Sequence record: PP408249.1
Reading direction: 5' to 3' (one strand)
Length of the DNA stretch: 64,000 nt
Below, in pieces: positions 18,242 through 28,236 of this stretch. The position numbers and the translations under genes were made by a program. Under the pieces are notes generated by a model. That model had not been told where the DNA came from. It worked only from the letters and a program-made list of their open reading frames with translations, and did no database searches. Positions within the stretch are counted from its first letter, which is position 1, and every line of letters starts with the position of its first letter.

Positions 18242-18601
18242 ATGGCAAAAAGCTACGAAGAAGCATGGGCACTGGCAGAATTTCCCGAGCACTCGAAGGT
18301 CGTCGATGGTCAAGTCGGCGGCGTAACCGAATACGTTCTCCAGGAAATCGACTCCTACTGCATCGTTGACAAGGACGGCAACAAGGTGTGGCTGAACATT
18401 CAGGGCAACATGCACCGCTTGCTCGGTCCGGCCACCCACATCAACGGGAAAAAGAAAAACGCATGGGCAGTGGACGGTGACATCATCCGCACCTGGGATG
18501 AATACGAAAAAGCCGTCGGCGACCGGGTGCCGAAAGAGCACATTATGATGCTCAAGCTTCAACACGGCGACGATCAGTTCGAGTTCGACACCGACGACTA
18601 A
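18242..18601 (+). CDS. GC-rich hypothetical protein with HRxxGPA-type repeat motif
   Basis: GAGAGG RBS, own promoter and terminator; codons end mostly in C/G unlike neighbours; MHRLLGPA. Confidence 0.85.
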   Translation: MAKSYEEAWALAEFPEHSKVVDGQVGGVTEYVLQEIDSYCIVDKDGNKVWLNIQGNMHRLLGPATHINGKKKNAWAVDGDIIRTWDEYEKAVGDRVPKEHIMMLKLQHGDDQFEFDTDD

Positions 18602-18631
18602 ACCGGCGGCGAGTGCGCTCGGTTTATATAA

Positions 18632-18656
18632 AATAAGGGACTTTATGTCCCTTATT
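18632..18656 (+). terminator. Intrinsic terminator
   Basis: aataagggac-tttat-gtcccttatt. Confidence 0.75.
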
Positions 18657-18787
18657 CTATATAAGAAATAAACAATAAATGACATTTTTAGTTGAATGTT
18701 GCCTGCAATCATGTATTTTTGAATATAATAATTAATGTAAAATATTAGTCGTTTCTGTAATTATATTTTTATAATAGGATATATAGT

Positions 18788-19396
18788 GTGTTCAAAAATG
18801 AATGTTTATTAGTAGGTGTGACTGAAGTTATTGCTAATATATTTTTATTTTCTAAATGTGTTTCTGAATGCAAACCAGCTGGCACATATGTAAGTAATCA
18901 ATCTATAATCTTACGATGGTACTCAACTGGTATAGTAAGTGAAGTTATATATAATATCAAAATAGTGCCTTCTGTAAATAATAAATTATTTTTAAATACG
19001 ATAACATGGTCTGATGGTCATTATGCCTATCAAGACATTAAAAAACAGACCAAAGTATCAGATATATTACATACTAACAAATATGAAACTTCGTTTGCTA
19101 TCCATTTTAAAAACATATCGTTTGATATGTTTATTCCTTTTATAGTAAAAGAAGTAAGAGAATGTCAATTTACAATACACGATCTACGGTACATAACAAC
19201 GATTCCCATAGGATCGCGAAATACCAATTATAAAATAATATCGTATGTAAATGATACAGATTTATGTAATGTACATTTTAGTGCCAGGAATTACCTGTAC
19301 TTTTCATTGACCACATATAATTATAATACTATATATAAACACACATTCAAAATATCAGAACAGTTTAGTATATGGGATATTGATGAAATATGTTAA
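18788..19396 (+). CDS. Hypothetical protein
   Basis: 202 aa ORF, AGGA RBS, GTG start. Confidence 0.65.
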   Translation: MFKNECLLVGVTEVIANIFLFSKCVSECKPAGTYVSNQSIILRWYSTGIVSEVIYNIKIVPSVNNKLFLNTITWSDGHYAYQDIKKQTKVSDILHTNKYETSFAIHFKNISFDMFIPFIVKEVRECQFTIHDLRYITTIPIGSRNTNYKIISYVNDTDLCNVHFSARNYLYFSLTTYNYNTIYKHTFKISEQFSIWDIDEIC

Positions 19397-19998
19397 ATTT
19401 AAAAGAAATAAGAAAGTCTGAATACGGGAATATATTTGGAGTTAGCTATCTTATATATAACTGCAGACTTTCTAGTTTCGATGTAGTTAGAGATTCGTGC
19501 ATAATAGGTTTCGAGAGCAATTTTTATAATTGCATAATTCATTCGTGCGAATTGGATTTATTTTATTATAAATACGGATCATTAAATGACGATCCAGAAA
19601 ATAATATCTATCCTACTGAAATTAAATTATTAAATTCAAACAAATTAAAGAAGAATAGAATTTTCTATTCTTATATATCTATAATATCCAAAGCAAACGA
19701 GTTATATAAATATATTCCTTATATACTATCTAGGATTGCATCTAATTCTATCATACTTCATAGTTGCAGAAACTTGAATATAGGTGATCATGACGATTTT
19801 ATACGTGTATGGACATACTGGACTAGTACACATATACTCGGGGGACCTAATGTAAGTGTAAATAGTTCGGCTATAACTGTTATATTTCCTAAGATCAATA
19901 AAACAGATTACAGCATACCTGTAATAGAATCCTATAATTTGGTATTAGAAATAGATAAAAACTCTAATATAATTTTTCCGGTATTAATAAATGAATGA
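19390..19998 (+). CDS. Hypothetical protein
   Basis: 202 aa ORF overlapping neighbours. Confidence 0.65.
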   Translation: MLNLKEIRKSEYGNIFGVSYLIYNCRLSSFDVVRDSCIIGFESNFYNCIIHSCELDLFYYKYGSLNDDPENNIYPTEIKLLNSNKLKKNRIFYSYISIISKANELYKYIPYILSRIASNSIILHSCRNLNIGDHDDFIRVWTYWTSTHILGGPNVSVNSSAITVIFPKINKTDYSIPVIESYNLVLEIDKNSNIIFPVLINE

Positions 19999-20470
19999 AA
20001 CCATACAATCTCTCCGAAGAGAAATAGAATTATTAAAAGATCAAGGTCTAAAATTAAGACATATAAAAAATCCTTGTAAAAAATGTATGGGTTACGGAAT
20101 TATTTGTTATGGATCTACTGCTATGTGGAACAGAGGTGCAGTCGGAGGGAATGCAATAACACCCGGCCGGTGCGATGCTTGCTGGGGTTCTGGTGATGAA
20201 GATAACCCGTGGGAAAATTTATTAGAATTAACAATTCAAAAAAGAACAATAGATACAATTTACAACTCTCTTAAATTGGACGGTTGGATAGAAGTAAAGT
20301 CCGATACTGTGTTTTTTAAAGGAAGTAACAGAGTTGTTACTAAATCTGGAAATATTTTATATGGATATAGAAGTTATTATAATGACAAACAATTAATCTG
20401 CTACATCGAAGAACCTAATACTTCAATTAATTTAAAAATAACTAGTTGTGTTTTTATACAAAAGTGTTAA
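19991..20470 (+). CDS. Hypothetical protein with DnaJ-like CxxCxGxG zinc-finger repeats
   Basis: CKKCMGYG and CDACWGSG. Confidence 0.7.
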   Translation: MNETIQSLRREIELLKDQGLKLRHIKNPCKKCMGYGIICYGSTAMWNRGAVGGNAITPGRCDACWGSGDEDNPWENLLELTIQKRTIDTIYNSLKLDGWIEVKSDTVFFKGSNRVVTKSGNILYGYRSYYNDKQLICYIEEPNTSINLKITSCVFIQKC

Positions 20471-20492
20471 AATGTAATATATTTAAAAACTT

Positions 20493-20882
20493 TTGAGATT
20501 ACCAATGTATAATTTCGAAAAGTTTATAACCGAGTATCTGTATAATAAAAAAGAGACAGAGCATTACGGGTATTTCTCTATATATAATTCTATTATTTTA
20601 AAGTGTATTTCTGGATGTTCAGATGAGCACTACGAATTTATTTCTAATTCTTTTATATCATATAAATGTAAAAAGAAATTAATAATAGAATTTTCTGTTA
20701 AATCGAAAGATAACATATACCATTCCATTAAACTTGCAGCAAAATATCACTCTAAAACAAAAGAAAAGTTAGACACTATTACTAATGTGGATAATTTATT
20801 TTTGTTTGAAACAAAAATAGGAATTATAGGTAATAATTTGTCTGTATACGTAGATTTAGGCGAAGTGGAATATATTGTATGA
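20493..20882 (+). CDS. Hypothetical protein
   Basis: 129 aa ORF. Confidence 0.6.
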   Translation: MRLPMYNFEKFITEYLYNKKETEHYGYFSIYNSIILKCISGCSDEHYEFISNSFISYKCKKKLIIEFSVKSKDNIYHSIKLAAKYHSKTKEKLDTITNVDNLFLFETKIGIIGNNLSVYVDLGEVEYIV

Positions 20883-21505
20883 TATACAGTTCGCATGCAA
20901 ACATATTTAGGTCTGTTGCAAATTCTCTTATTTTAGAAATTTATAAAATAAACATCTCTTTAGAAAAAATGATAGACGATGGACACGGCGACATATTAGA
21001 TAGACAAGTAGTTTGCAGGAAAGGAACTTGGTTTTCTAAAAACTATTATATAATTTCTTCTTCTGCAAAAGAATTAGTTTCTCTTTCGCCTGCATTTATA
21101 GAAATATCAAACATTACTGTATCTGCATATACTTCCGGCGCATTAAAAAATAACCCTTTATCTAAAATGAAGGGATTCGACAAATATATGCATAATGTAG
21201 GTGATGCACTAACTGCAATTAATTCGTCTAAGCTTGCAAACAAACTATTTAAATCTATAGAAGAACAAAATATAATTGTTGCTAAAGGCAGGGAAGAATA
21301 TGCGTTATCGCAAAGTTTAATAAAAGAAAATTGTCATACAAACAAAGGAATGCAATATAAACAATTAGAAGAAATAATTAATACCTATATACGTCAATTA
21401 CCAGAACACTTACAACACGAAGCAAGAAACAGAATAAGAAAATCCGATAAGAAACTTAAATCTTTAATTAGTTACGCACAAGAACATAACATAACTTTTA
21501 TATAG
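20879..21505 (+). CDS. Hypothetical protein
   Basis: 208 aa, ATGA overlap. Confidence 0.75.
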   Translation: MIYSSHANIFRSVANSLILEIYKINISLEKMIDDGHGDILDRQVVCRKGTWFSKNYYIISSSAKELVSLSPAFIEISNITVSAYTSGALKNNPLSKMKGFDKYMHNVGDALTAINSSKLANKLFKSIEEQNIIVAKGREEYALSQSLIKENCHTNKGMQYKQLEEIINTYIRQLPEHLQHEARNRIRKSDKKLKSLISYAQEHNITFI

Positions 21506-21515
21506 TGGAAATATA

Positions 21516-21845
21516 ATGAAAAATATAATTAAACATATTTTAGATTTTTATAACGGATTTTCCTATATAGTTCTGTCAAACGTTATATTTCTTTTCAGTT
21601 GTATAGTAACTACAGTATTTCTGTGTTATGTGTCTAAATTAAATAATGTACAAAATTTGGTATCCGACTCGGTTTATACAACTATAGTAGTTTTGTATTG
21701 TATTATAGGTCTTCTATGTGGATTAAAAAGTTGTAAAATAATAGAATTGATAAAACCGGAGAAAAATATTGCAACTACTGTAGGTGTTATATCTGGCATC
21801 GCTGTAGTGTTAGTTTCTATGTTGGGATGGATATATGCGGCGTAA
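21516..21845 (+). CDS. Predicted membrane protein (3 TM)
   Basis: Three hydrophobic segments. Confidence 0.65.
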   Translation: MKNIIKHILDFYNGFSYIVLSNVIFLFSCIVTTVFLCYVSKLNNVQNLVSDSVYTTIVVLYCIIGLLCGLKSCKIIELIKPEKNIATTVGVISGIAVVLVSMLGWIYAA

Positions 21846-23262
21846 TAGAACTCTTTCATCTTCTCATAGATTGATATCAAAAGTAGCCGTTAAGATTAAA
21901 ATTCCCCATATGATGAGCGGGAAATTAAATGGAGCATTTGATCACTATTTTAGTAAGAATATAATAGCAGAAGATGCTGCTATCTGTAGATGGGCAGGAG
22001 ATAGCAAATATGCAGGAAGATCGTCGATATATTCTGACGATATACCCCGTCAATTAATACGCAACACTGCAGGAAATGTTTCAGGTTGCACATCTTACAC
22101 TAACAAAGTTATTATGAATTATAAAGAGGATGCCGGAATGACTCAAGTTAACAGAACCTACACACGTAATAGCAACGATATTGAGTTTTCTCTGGAAGAA
22201 GAATTCTCTAATGTCTTTAATGAATCGCCTATAAGAAAAACGTGGGTAGCATTTATAGATTGTAACACAAAGGCAGTAGAAGAAGCATTTAAAACTTGCC
22301 TAAGTAAAGAATCGTTTGATATAATCTCCAAAAAATATACAAATATAACATCTTATTCGTCATCTGATGCAGAGCGAGATGCAGACGTTGCATCTGAGGA
22401 AATTTGGGTAATAGGAAACGAAAAAGCAGCTATTTCTAGAATTACAGATATTTACGATAGTGTACGGTTTATGGTAATTTCTGCAAATGATAGTTGTAAT
22501 GTAGCTAGGTTTGTAGAAGAATTTGGAAAAGTATATGCAAATGCATATCCTAAAGTAAAAGAAGAAAAACCGGAAATTAATATTATTGTGGCCGATTCCC
22601 ACGGTTATGATTTAGAGTCGTTTGACATGACTCCTCTGCAAAACATAGATGCCTTTATTGAAGAAAATTATAACGATGATTTTAAAGACACATCTGAATA
22701 TATAGTAGAAAAAATTATTAGTTCTAGTAAAGGTATAACACTCCTTCATGGCGAACGAGGAACTGGTAAAACTAATTTCATCCGATACATTGCAAATAAA
22801 GCTAAAAAGAAGAAACTCATATATGTTCCTTCTGATATGGCTCCAGAGTTAGCCAGACCTCAGTTTGTCTCGTTTGTTATGAACCACAAAGATAGTGTGT
22901 TTATAGTAGAAGACGCAGAAAATATTCTCCGTCCTCGGGAAGGCGGCGGCAGTTCAGCAGTGTCTAACCTTCTTAACATGAGTGACGGTATCCTAGGTGA
23001 TGCCGTTCGGTGTCAGTTTATTTGTACGTTTAACTGTAAAATTTCAGAAATTGACAGTGCATTGACTCGTAAAGGTCGGTTAAATGCAGAGTATGAATTT
23101 AACAAATTAACAAAAGAAAAATCCCAAAATCTTTTAGACAAAAAATACGGAACAGGAACATATGTAGCAAAGGGCGAAATGACGCTAGCAGACATTTACA
23201 ATATGGATAATCCTGACTTTAAAGTCCAACTTAAGAAACAAAAAATTGGTTTCGGGAACTAA
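21835..23262 (+). CDS. AAA family ATPase with long N-terminal domain
   Basis: LLHGERGTGKT, VFIVEDAE, NLLNMSDGILGD, ALTRKGRL; true start may be downstream. Confidence 0.9.
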   Translation: MRRNRTLSSSHRLISKVAVKIKIPHMMSGKLNGAFDHYFSKNIIAEDAAICRWAGDSKYAGRSSIYSDDIPRQLIRNTAGNVSGCTSYTNKVIMNYKEDAGMTQVNRTYTRNSNDIEFSLEEEFSNVFNESPIRKTWVAFIDCNTKAVEEAFKTCLSKESFDIISKKYTNITSYSSSDAERDADVASEEIWVIGNEKAAISRITDIYDSVRFMVISANDSCNVARFVEEFGKVYANAYPKVKEEKPEINIIVADSHGYDLESFDMTPLQNIDAFIEENYNDDFKDTSEYIVEKIISSSKGITLLHGERGTGKTNFIRYIANKAKKKKLIYVPSDMAPELARPQFVSFVMNHKDSVFIVEDAENILRPREGGGSSAVSNLLNMSDGILGDAVRCQFICTFNCKISEIDSALTRKGRLNAEYEFNKLTKEKSQNLLDKKYGTGTYVAKGEMTLADIYNMDNPDFKVQLKKQKIGFGN

Positions 23263-23267
23263 ACAAT

Positions 23268-23531
23268 ATGCGTAGATATTTCATTGCATATTTTTCACTG
23301 GTATTCATATTAGCTATATCCGGAATTATATATGCGTTGACATATGGATTTATATTTGCCGGAAAAGAAAACTCTCCAGGGTATTCTAATAGTAGGGATA
23401 ATCTTATTAAAAATATGAATGAATTATTGGAACAACAAAAAGCACTAAATTTGGAAATAAAGGAATTAAACAAAGAAATTAATTCTACTAAAACTGAAAT
23501 ATCAACTAAATTACAAAATGTAGACACCTAA
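23268..23531 (+). CDS. Membrane-anchored coiled-coil protein
   Basis: N-terminal hydrophobic helix then heptad-rich region. Confidence 0.6.
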   Translation: MRRYFIAYFSLVFILAISGIIYALTYGFIFAGKENSPGYSNSRDNLIKNMNELLEQQKALNLEIKELNKEINSTKTEISTKLQNVDT

Positions 23532-23546
23532 TAGTAGTTTCTATAT

Positions 23547-23579
23547 AATAAAACAGGAGCATTAGGCTCCTGTTTTATT
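23547..23579. terminator. Bidirectional intrinsic terminator
   Basis: aataaaacaggagc-atta-gctcctgttttatt-type hairpin between convergent genes. Confidence 0.8.
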
Positions 23580-24314
23580 TTTTGAAATTTTAGTCATTAT
23601 AGTATTATATAAATCATATGCACGTTTGATTATGCGTTTGTATGCTCTGGGGTTTTCATTTTTAAGAAACATAATATAATTTATGTGTGCATTTTCTATA
23701 AATGCATTTATAAATTCTTCTTTTGTTAAGACAGTTCCTTTTTTGTATAAAAAACTAAATTGATCTACAGTTTGTTCTAAAGCTTGACTTATTCTTGCAT
23801 TTATTTCGTATGATTGTCTATAATATGTATCTGAAGATGCCGGATCGTATCTTTTTATTTTTTCATTCTTAAACGGTTGTCCTTTATTTTTATCTAGTGC
23901 ATGCCTTAACTCATGTACTATAGTTGAAACTACACTCTTGTTATTACTAAAAGAATTACCATAATAATGAGTATAAACATATATCGTATTAGATACTAAG
24001 TTGTATTCTCCTTTCTTTGCACTGTGTTGTCCAGAAATGTCAAACACTATCTGAATATCTTTAAATTCATTGTACAAATTATCGAATATATCATCGGGAA
24101 TTATATTTTTTAAAACAACAGTATAGGTACTTAACATTAATTGTACAGTCGGCCAATCGTAGTTTTTCAACAACAATTGATCTTCTATTTCTTCTCTGTG
24201 TTGCTTCAAATTGTTGAAATGTGATATAGCGTTTGCTACACACATTTTCGCAATATTTTGAATAATCAGTTCTTCGTTTGAAGTTTCGATTAAATTAATT
24301 TCGTTTAGTCGCAC
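23562..24314 (-). CDS. HExxH (zincin-like) metallopeptidase, probable late/head-internal protein
   Basis: IVHELRHALD and YEINARI; N-terminus MRLNEINLIE. Confidence 0.7.
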   Translation of the reverse strand: MRLNEINLIETSNEELIIQNIAKMCVANAISHFNNLKQHREEIEDQLLLKNYDWPTVQLMLSTYTVVLKNIIPDDIFDNLYNEFKDIQIVFDISGQHSAKKGEYNLVSNTIYVYTHYYGNSFSNNKSVVSTIVHELRHALDKNKGQPFKNEKIKRYDPASSDTYYRQSYEINARISQALEQTVDQFSFLYKKGTVLTKEEFINAFIENAHINYIMFLKNENPRAYKRIIKRAYDLYNTIMTKISKNKTGA

Positions 24315-24984
24315 GATTTTCTGCCCTTTTCTTTAATGTAACATACAATTCGTAACATCTAGATACTATTCGTTTCCATACTTTTGGATTTTCTTTCTTT
24401 AAGTATGTAAGCTGATGACCTTTTGCGAATTTTTCTATATTATCTAGAAACCATTCTTTGGATGGTATTTCTTTTGAAGATCCCCAATACTGCAAAAATA
24501 TAACCTTAAGATCATTTAATAATTCGGCTATTCTTGCATTTATTTCGTATTTTTGATTTAAATATTCTTTATGTTTATCTGAATTGTTTGTATGTTTATA
24601 TAATAATGGATTACCCTTAGAACTATCTAATGCATGTTGTAATTCATGAACTAAGGTATTTGTGTATGTTATATCATTTTTATATGAATCTGGACCTATA
24701 TCAAAAAGTGCTATGAGATTTTTGCCATCAGTTCTTTGAATAAAAGCACCGTTGTATTGTTCTGGATGCTCATTCGCATACGGACGTATTATTAAATCGG
24801 AAATATTATTTAAAACAGGATACTTATCGAAATATTCTTGTTTTATTAAATCTTTTAGTTTGTATGAATTGTATATTTTATTTTCTGCATTCTTTTCTAT
24901 AACAAACCATATTATTTTTGCAATAGTAGATAATATTATACTTTCGCTTGCCTTTTCTATTAGATTAAATTCTAAAATTTTCAT
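24295..24984 (-). CDS. HExxH (zincin-like) metallopeptidase, paralogue of 23562..24314
   Basis: LVHELQHALD and YEINARI; N-terminus MKILEFNLIE. Confidence 0.7.
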   Translation of the reverse strand: MKILEFNLIEKASESIILSTIAKIIWFVIEKNAENKIYNSYKLKDLIKQEYFDKYPVLNNISDLIIRPYANEHPEQYNGAFIQRTDGKNLIALFDIGPDSYKNDITYTNTLVHELQHALDSSKGNPLLYKHTNNSDKHKEYLNQKYEINARIAELLNDLKVIFLQYWGSSKEIPSKEWFLDNIEKFAKGHQLTYLKKENPKVWKRIVSRCYELYVTLKKRAENRATKRN

Positions 24985-24990
24985 TATATC

Positions 24991-25185
24991 CTATCCGTTA
25001 TGTTTCCAATACTGGATAGATTTTTCTTGTTTAGAAACCCAGTCTTTAGAAGGTTTTCCTTTACCCTCATAATATCTAAGGGGCTTCCCTGTCTTTTTAG
25101 AAACAAGTGCCCATTTTCCATTTATATGTTTTAATTCTTCGTCTAATTCTGACGATTCTAGTATGCATATTTCGGAAAGTTTCAT
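24991..25185 (-). CDS. Small late protein
   Basis: MKLSEICILE start; KWALVSKKTGKPLRYY..GKPS; ATAAATA upstream. Confidence 0.75.
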   Translation of the reverse strand: MKLSEICILESSELDEELKHINGKWALVSKKTGKPLRYYEGKGKPSKDWVSKQEKSIQYWKHNG

Positions 25186-25216
25186 AATCTTTAATCCTGT
25201 ATTATATGTATATGCT

Positions 25217-25242
25217 TATTTATCGCATTATATAACTAAATA
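25217..25242. promoter_or_regulatory. Divergent pair of TAAATA late-type promoters
   Basis: ATAAATA on minus (25217-25223) and CTAAATA on plus (25236-25242) between divergent genes; same motif precedes 5653, 6199 and 37121; resembles T4 gp55 late promoter TATAAATA. Confidence 0.6.
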
Positions 25243-25270
25243 GTGTTATCTTGTAAAGGAGGAGTTTTCC

Positions 25271-26251
25271 ATGGGAAGACCTATTAAAAGCGATTGGTTT
25301 GGTGAAAGCGAAACGGGCCAACCTAAGTTAAGCATATATGCTAAGTTACCTGGTATGACTAATGCTGCTGAGGGTTTTATAGTAGCACAAAAAGGTACTC
25401 GTAAATATAAAGTAAACGTTAACGACACTATAGGCGATGTCTTTCTAGTTAATTCTAAATTAGCTGATTTAAACGAAGGCGAAGGGGTCATATTCGTAGG
25501 CGAAGTAGATAGTGACATAACTGTTTCTAAAATACAACAATACGGATTAGTAGCAGTTAATTCCACCGGCGAAATTCAATTCGGTGGACAAACACAATGG
25601 GTAGTAGACGAAGAAACAGGATTACAACCCGATACTAGTTCTGTTCCGCAACCAACTAATCAAACGTTGCTTGCAAATGCCAGTACTGCATTTAAGAAAG
25701 AAAACGGAACACTATGGACTGGTTCTGGAATACCGGCATCGGGAATGTTAGTATCTAAAAATAATATAATTGAACTTGCATTGTCTGCACACTTGCGCGG
25801 TTCTGTTATTAACAGAAAAATAAACGACGACGGTTCGTATGATATATATCTAACTTCTTCAACACAAGATTGGGCGTTTGACTATTGTGTAGGTATCGTA
25901 TCTCCGGCGGTAACAGATATAACTACAGAATACGACGTTGTTCTTACTGCATATTGTAATTCAGAAGGCAAAGAACAAAACCCAGCTGTATTTACTTTAG
26001 CAAAAGAAGATACATATGTATGGAAAAACACAGTTCTAGATGGGGATATTACTGACAGTGCATCTGATCCCGATAATCGGTGTGTTCAAAATACTCTTAG
26101 ATATACGTTCTTTAAAGATAATGTTGTGCCTCCCGTAGGTGAAGAAGATCCTATAGTAGGTACATTTATTATTAAATTAGAAGCAACCCATAAAACTAAC
26201 TTTAATACTGTTAGTGCAAAAATGATAGTTCGTGTAACAAAAGATTTTTAA
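25271..26251 (+). CDS. Putative virion structural protein
   Basis: AAGGAGG RBS, late motif upstream, N-terminal MGRPI..FG..GFIVAQKGTRKYKV motif recalled from large-phage virion proteins (unverified). Confidence 0.6.
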   Translation: MGRPIKSDWFGESETGQPKLSIYAKLPGMTNAAEGFIVAQKGTRKYKVNVNDTIGDVFLVNSKLADLNEGEGVIFVGEVDSDITVSKIQQYGLVAVNSTGEIQFGGQTQWVVDEETGLQPDTSSVPQPTNQTLLANASTAFKKENGTLWTGSGIPASGMLVSKNNIIELALSAHLRGSVINRKINDDGSYDIYLTSSTQDWAFDYCVGIVSPAVTDITTEYDVVLTAYCNSEGKEQNPAVFTLAKEDTYVWKNTVLDGDITDSASDPDNRCVQNTLRYTFFKDNVVPPVGEEDPIVGTFIIKLEATHKTNFNTVSAKMIVRVTKDF

Positions 26252-26263
26252 TAAAATCTAAAC

Positions 26264-26295
26264 AAAGAAAAGCGCTTTTATATGCGCTTTTCTTT
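26264..26295 (+). terminator. Intrinsic terminator
   Basis: aaagaaaagcgc-ttttatat-gcgcttttcttt. Confidence 0.75.
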
Positions 26296-26354
26296 TGACA
26301 TATCTACTATTTAATTGTAATATGCAATAACAAACCGCACAGTAGGATACTATC

Positions 26355-26597
26355 ATGCAAGAAATTATAGTGTACAGAAATCCGGTAGAAGCAGCGTTTT
26401 GGTCGAGCATGCAAGACGGAAATATTGTACTTTTTCTTGTGACATTTATGATTATGGCAGTATCATTGGTGGTAATGTTAGTAGCTCTGTATAACACAGT
26501 TGTTGTTAATAAACGGGTCCGTAATAAATGGATTTATGTTCCCGTTGTGTTAGGAATTTTAATTTCTATGATAACATGCTACAATCTATTTTTGTAG
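26355..26597 (+). CDS. Small membrane protein
   Basis: AGGA RBS, two hydrophobic helices; terminator 26608-26637. Confidence 0.7.
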   Translation: MQEIIVYRNPVEAAFWSSMQDGNIVLFLVTFMIMAVSLVVMLVALYNTVVVNKRVRNKWIYVPVVLGILISMITCYNLFL

Positions 26598-26713
26598 AAC
26601 GAAAATTAATAAAAAGGGCTTTAAGCCCTTTTTATTTGTCTACGCATACCTTTAGCACAAAAATATTGTTTTATGCTATAATGTCCTTACTATAATGTAT
26701 TGAGAATATATCT

Positions 26714-27799
26714 ATGAATATTAATATATGGTATACTAACGTAGAACTACAAACAAAAACAAAGAAACAAGTACAGATTTGGCCTAAAAAAATTACTAGT
26801 CCCGAACCTTCCTACAGTTTTACAAATTGTGTAAGAAATGTACAAAACGTATTTGACGAAATACATATTTTAAAGGATATATCTATTAGACACGGAAGTG
26901 CGAAAGTAATGCAAGCAGCAATATATATAAAAGAGATAGATATGTATGGCAGATTTGATCTGAGGGCAGAATCTCTTGTAGAACTTTTACATACAAAAAA
27001 CATTTCTGTTTCGGAAGGTGTAATTAAAGGTAAGTTTTCATTTGATTTTAGTTCTAGTAGTTATAGAATTATTCCGGCAGATAATGTAATTTCTGCCAGT
27101 GCAAAGAAAACTGCAAAAGAACTAATTCCATTTAGGGCATATAAAGATAAAGTAGGAAATTCCGTTATATACCTAGGGAAGGCATCAACTGAATGTGGCA
27201 AACAATTATTTTTGACAATCGACTTGCCTAATCATCAAGAAGAAAAAGGTCTAGCAAAAATGGCAGTAGATCTTGTAGGCGGAAGATATGCATGGTATAT
27301 AAATTCTGATCATAATGTGTATAAGAACGAATTTGAAAAACTAAAATCATATGACGAAGACATGTACAATGTTATACTAAAATTAAAACAATTAGATGTA
27401 GGTGATCTATCAAGTATATATGAAAAGTATTTCTTAAAGGCGTTTTATTATTGCACAAAAGAAGGACATCGTGTATTTGACCGCAGATTTGATGTAGCAA
27501 CCGGGCGGACGCTAGGCACCGGAAGTTATCTATATAGACTGCAATATACAGTAGGTGTTCCTTCGTTGTATCAAGAAATTGACGATATTAGTGAAATGTT
27601 CGTCAGTAACGGAATTCCTGGAACATATGTAGCTATTCCCAAGAAATGGCTATCTTACAAATATATCAGTGCTAGCAACGCATTACCTTTATACGTAGAC
27701 TTTAAAAATAAAATCGTCCGTAAAACAACTGTAACTGATGAAATTAACCCATATGAATACGATGATAGTTTTATAAATGAAGTATTAAATCATATATAA
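26714..27799 (+). CDS. Hypothetical protein
   Basis: 361 aa ORF, TGnTATAAT upstream. Confidence 0.85.
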   Translation: MNINIWYTNVELQTKTKKQVQIWPKKITSPEPSYSFTNCVRNVQNVFDEIHILKDISIRHGSAKVMQAAIYIKEIDMYGRFDLRAESLVELLHTKNISVSEGVIKGKFSFDFSSSSYRIIPADNVISASAKKTAKELIPFRAYKDKVGNSVIYLGKASTECGKQLFLTIDLPNHQEEKGLAKMAVDLVGGRYAWYINSDHNVYKNEFEKLKSYDEDMYNVILKLKQLDVGDLSSIYEKYFLKAFYYCTKEGHRVFDRRFDVATGRTLGTGSYLYRLQYTVGVPSLYQEIDDISEMFVSNGIPGTYVAIPKKWLSYKYISASNALPLYVDFKNKIVRKTTVTDEINPYEYDDSFINEVLNHI

Positions 27800-27863
27800 T
27801 TTATTTAATACGATACTAGACTATATACGGTATTCTTTTGTATGATATACAATGACAGTTGGG

Positions 27864-28023
27864 AATTTAAATGCTTTTTACAGTTGCTGCAAAGCATGCA
27901 AAATAACGCATACGTAAACAGCACAAAACACGCGCATAATGCGTTGTTTGTGTGCTTTGTGTATACTGCACTAGCATGCAAACTAGCATGCAAAATAACG
28001 CATTTTTGCAGCTATAACGCTAG
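27864..28023. repeat. GA/TC/GG/CC-free island with internal repeats
   Basis: 160 nt without GA, TC, GG or CC; agcatgcaaaataacgca twice; 27989-28007 is the exact reverse complement of 39885-39903. Confidence 0.9.
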
Positions 28024-28236
28024 GGGTACGCATTCCTACAAATATAATAATTTGCTAGAATGATGTATATTTTTAAATTCTAAATTTAACCTATCCTATA
28101 ATATACATTACGGAAATGTTACAATTAAAAATTTTATTATCTCAGACTTTATGCACATTCAATCTTATAATACTATATTAAATACAAATATATTTATTGA
28201 TTTGCAAGTAACATTTAACAAACGGAGTATATTTTA

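Noticed and set aside
18203-18712. 169 aa minus-strand ORF
   Set aside because: Antisense shadow of GC-rich gene 18242..18601.
27805-28063. ORFs 27805..27993 (-) and 27842..28063 (+)
   Set aside because: Same reason: they coincide with a dinucleotide-free repeat island and have biased A/C/H/N/Y composition.
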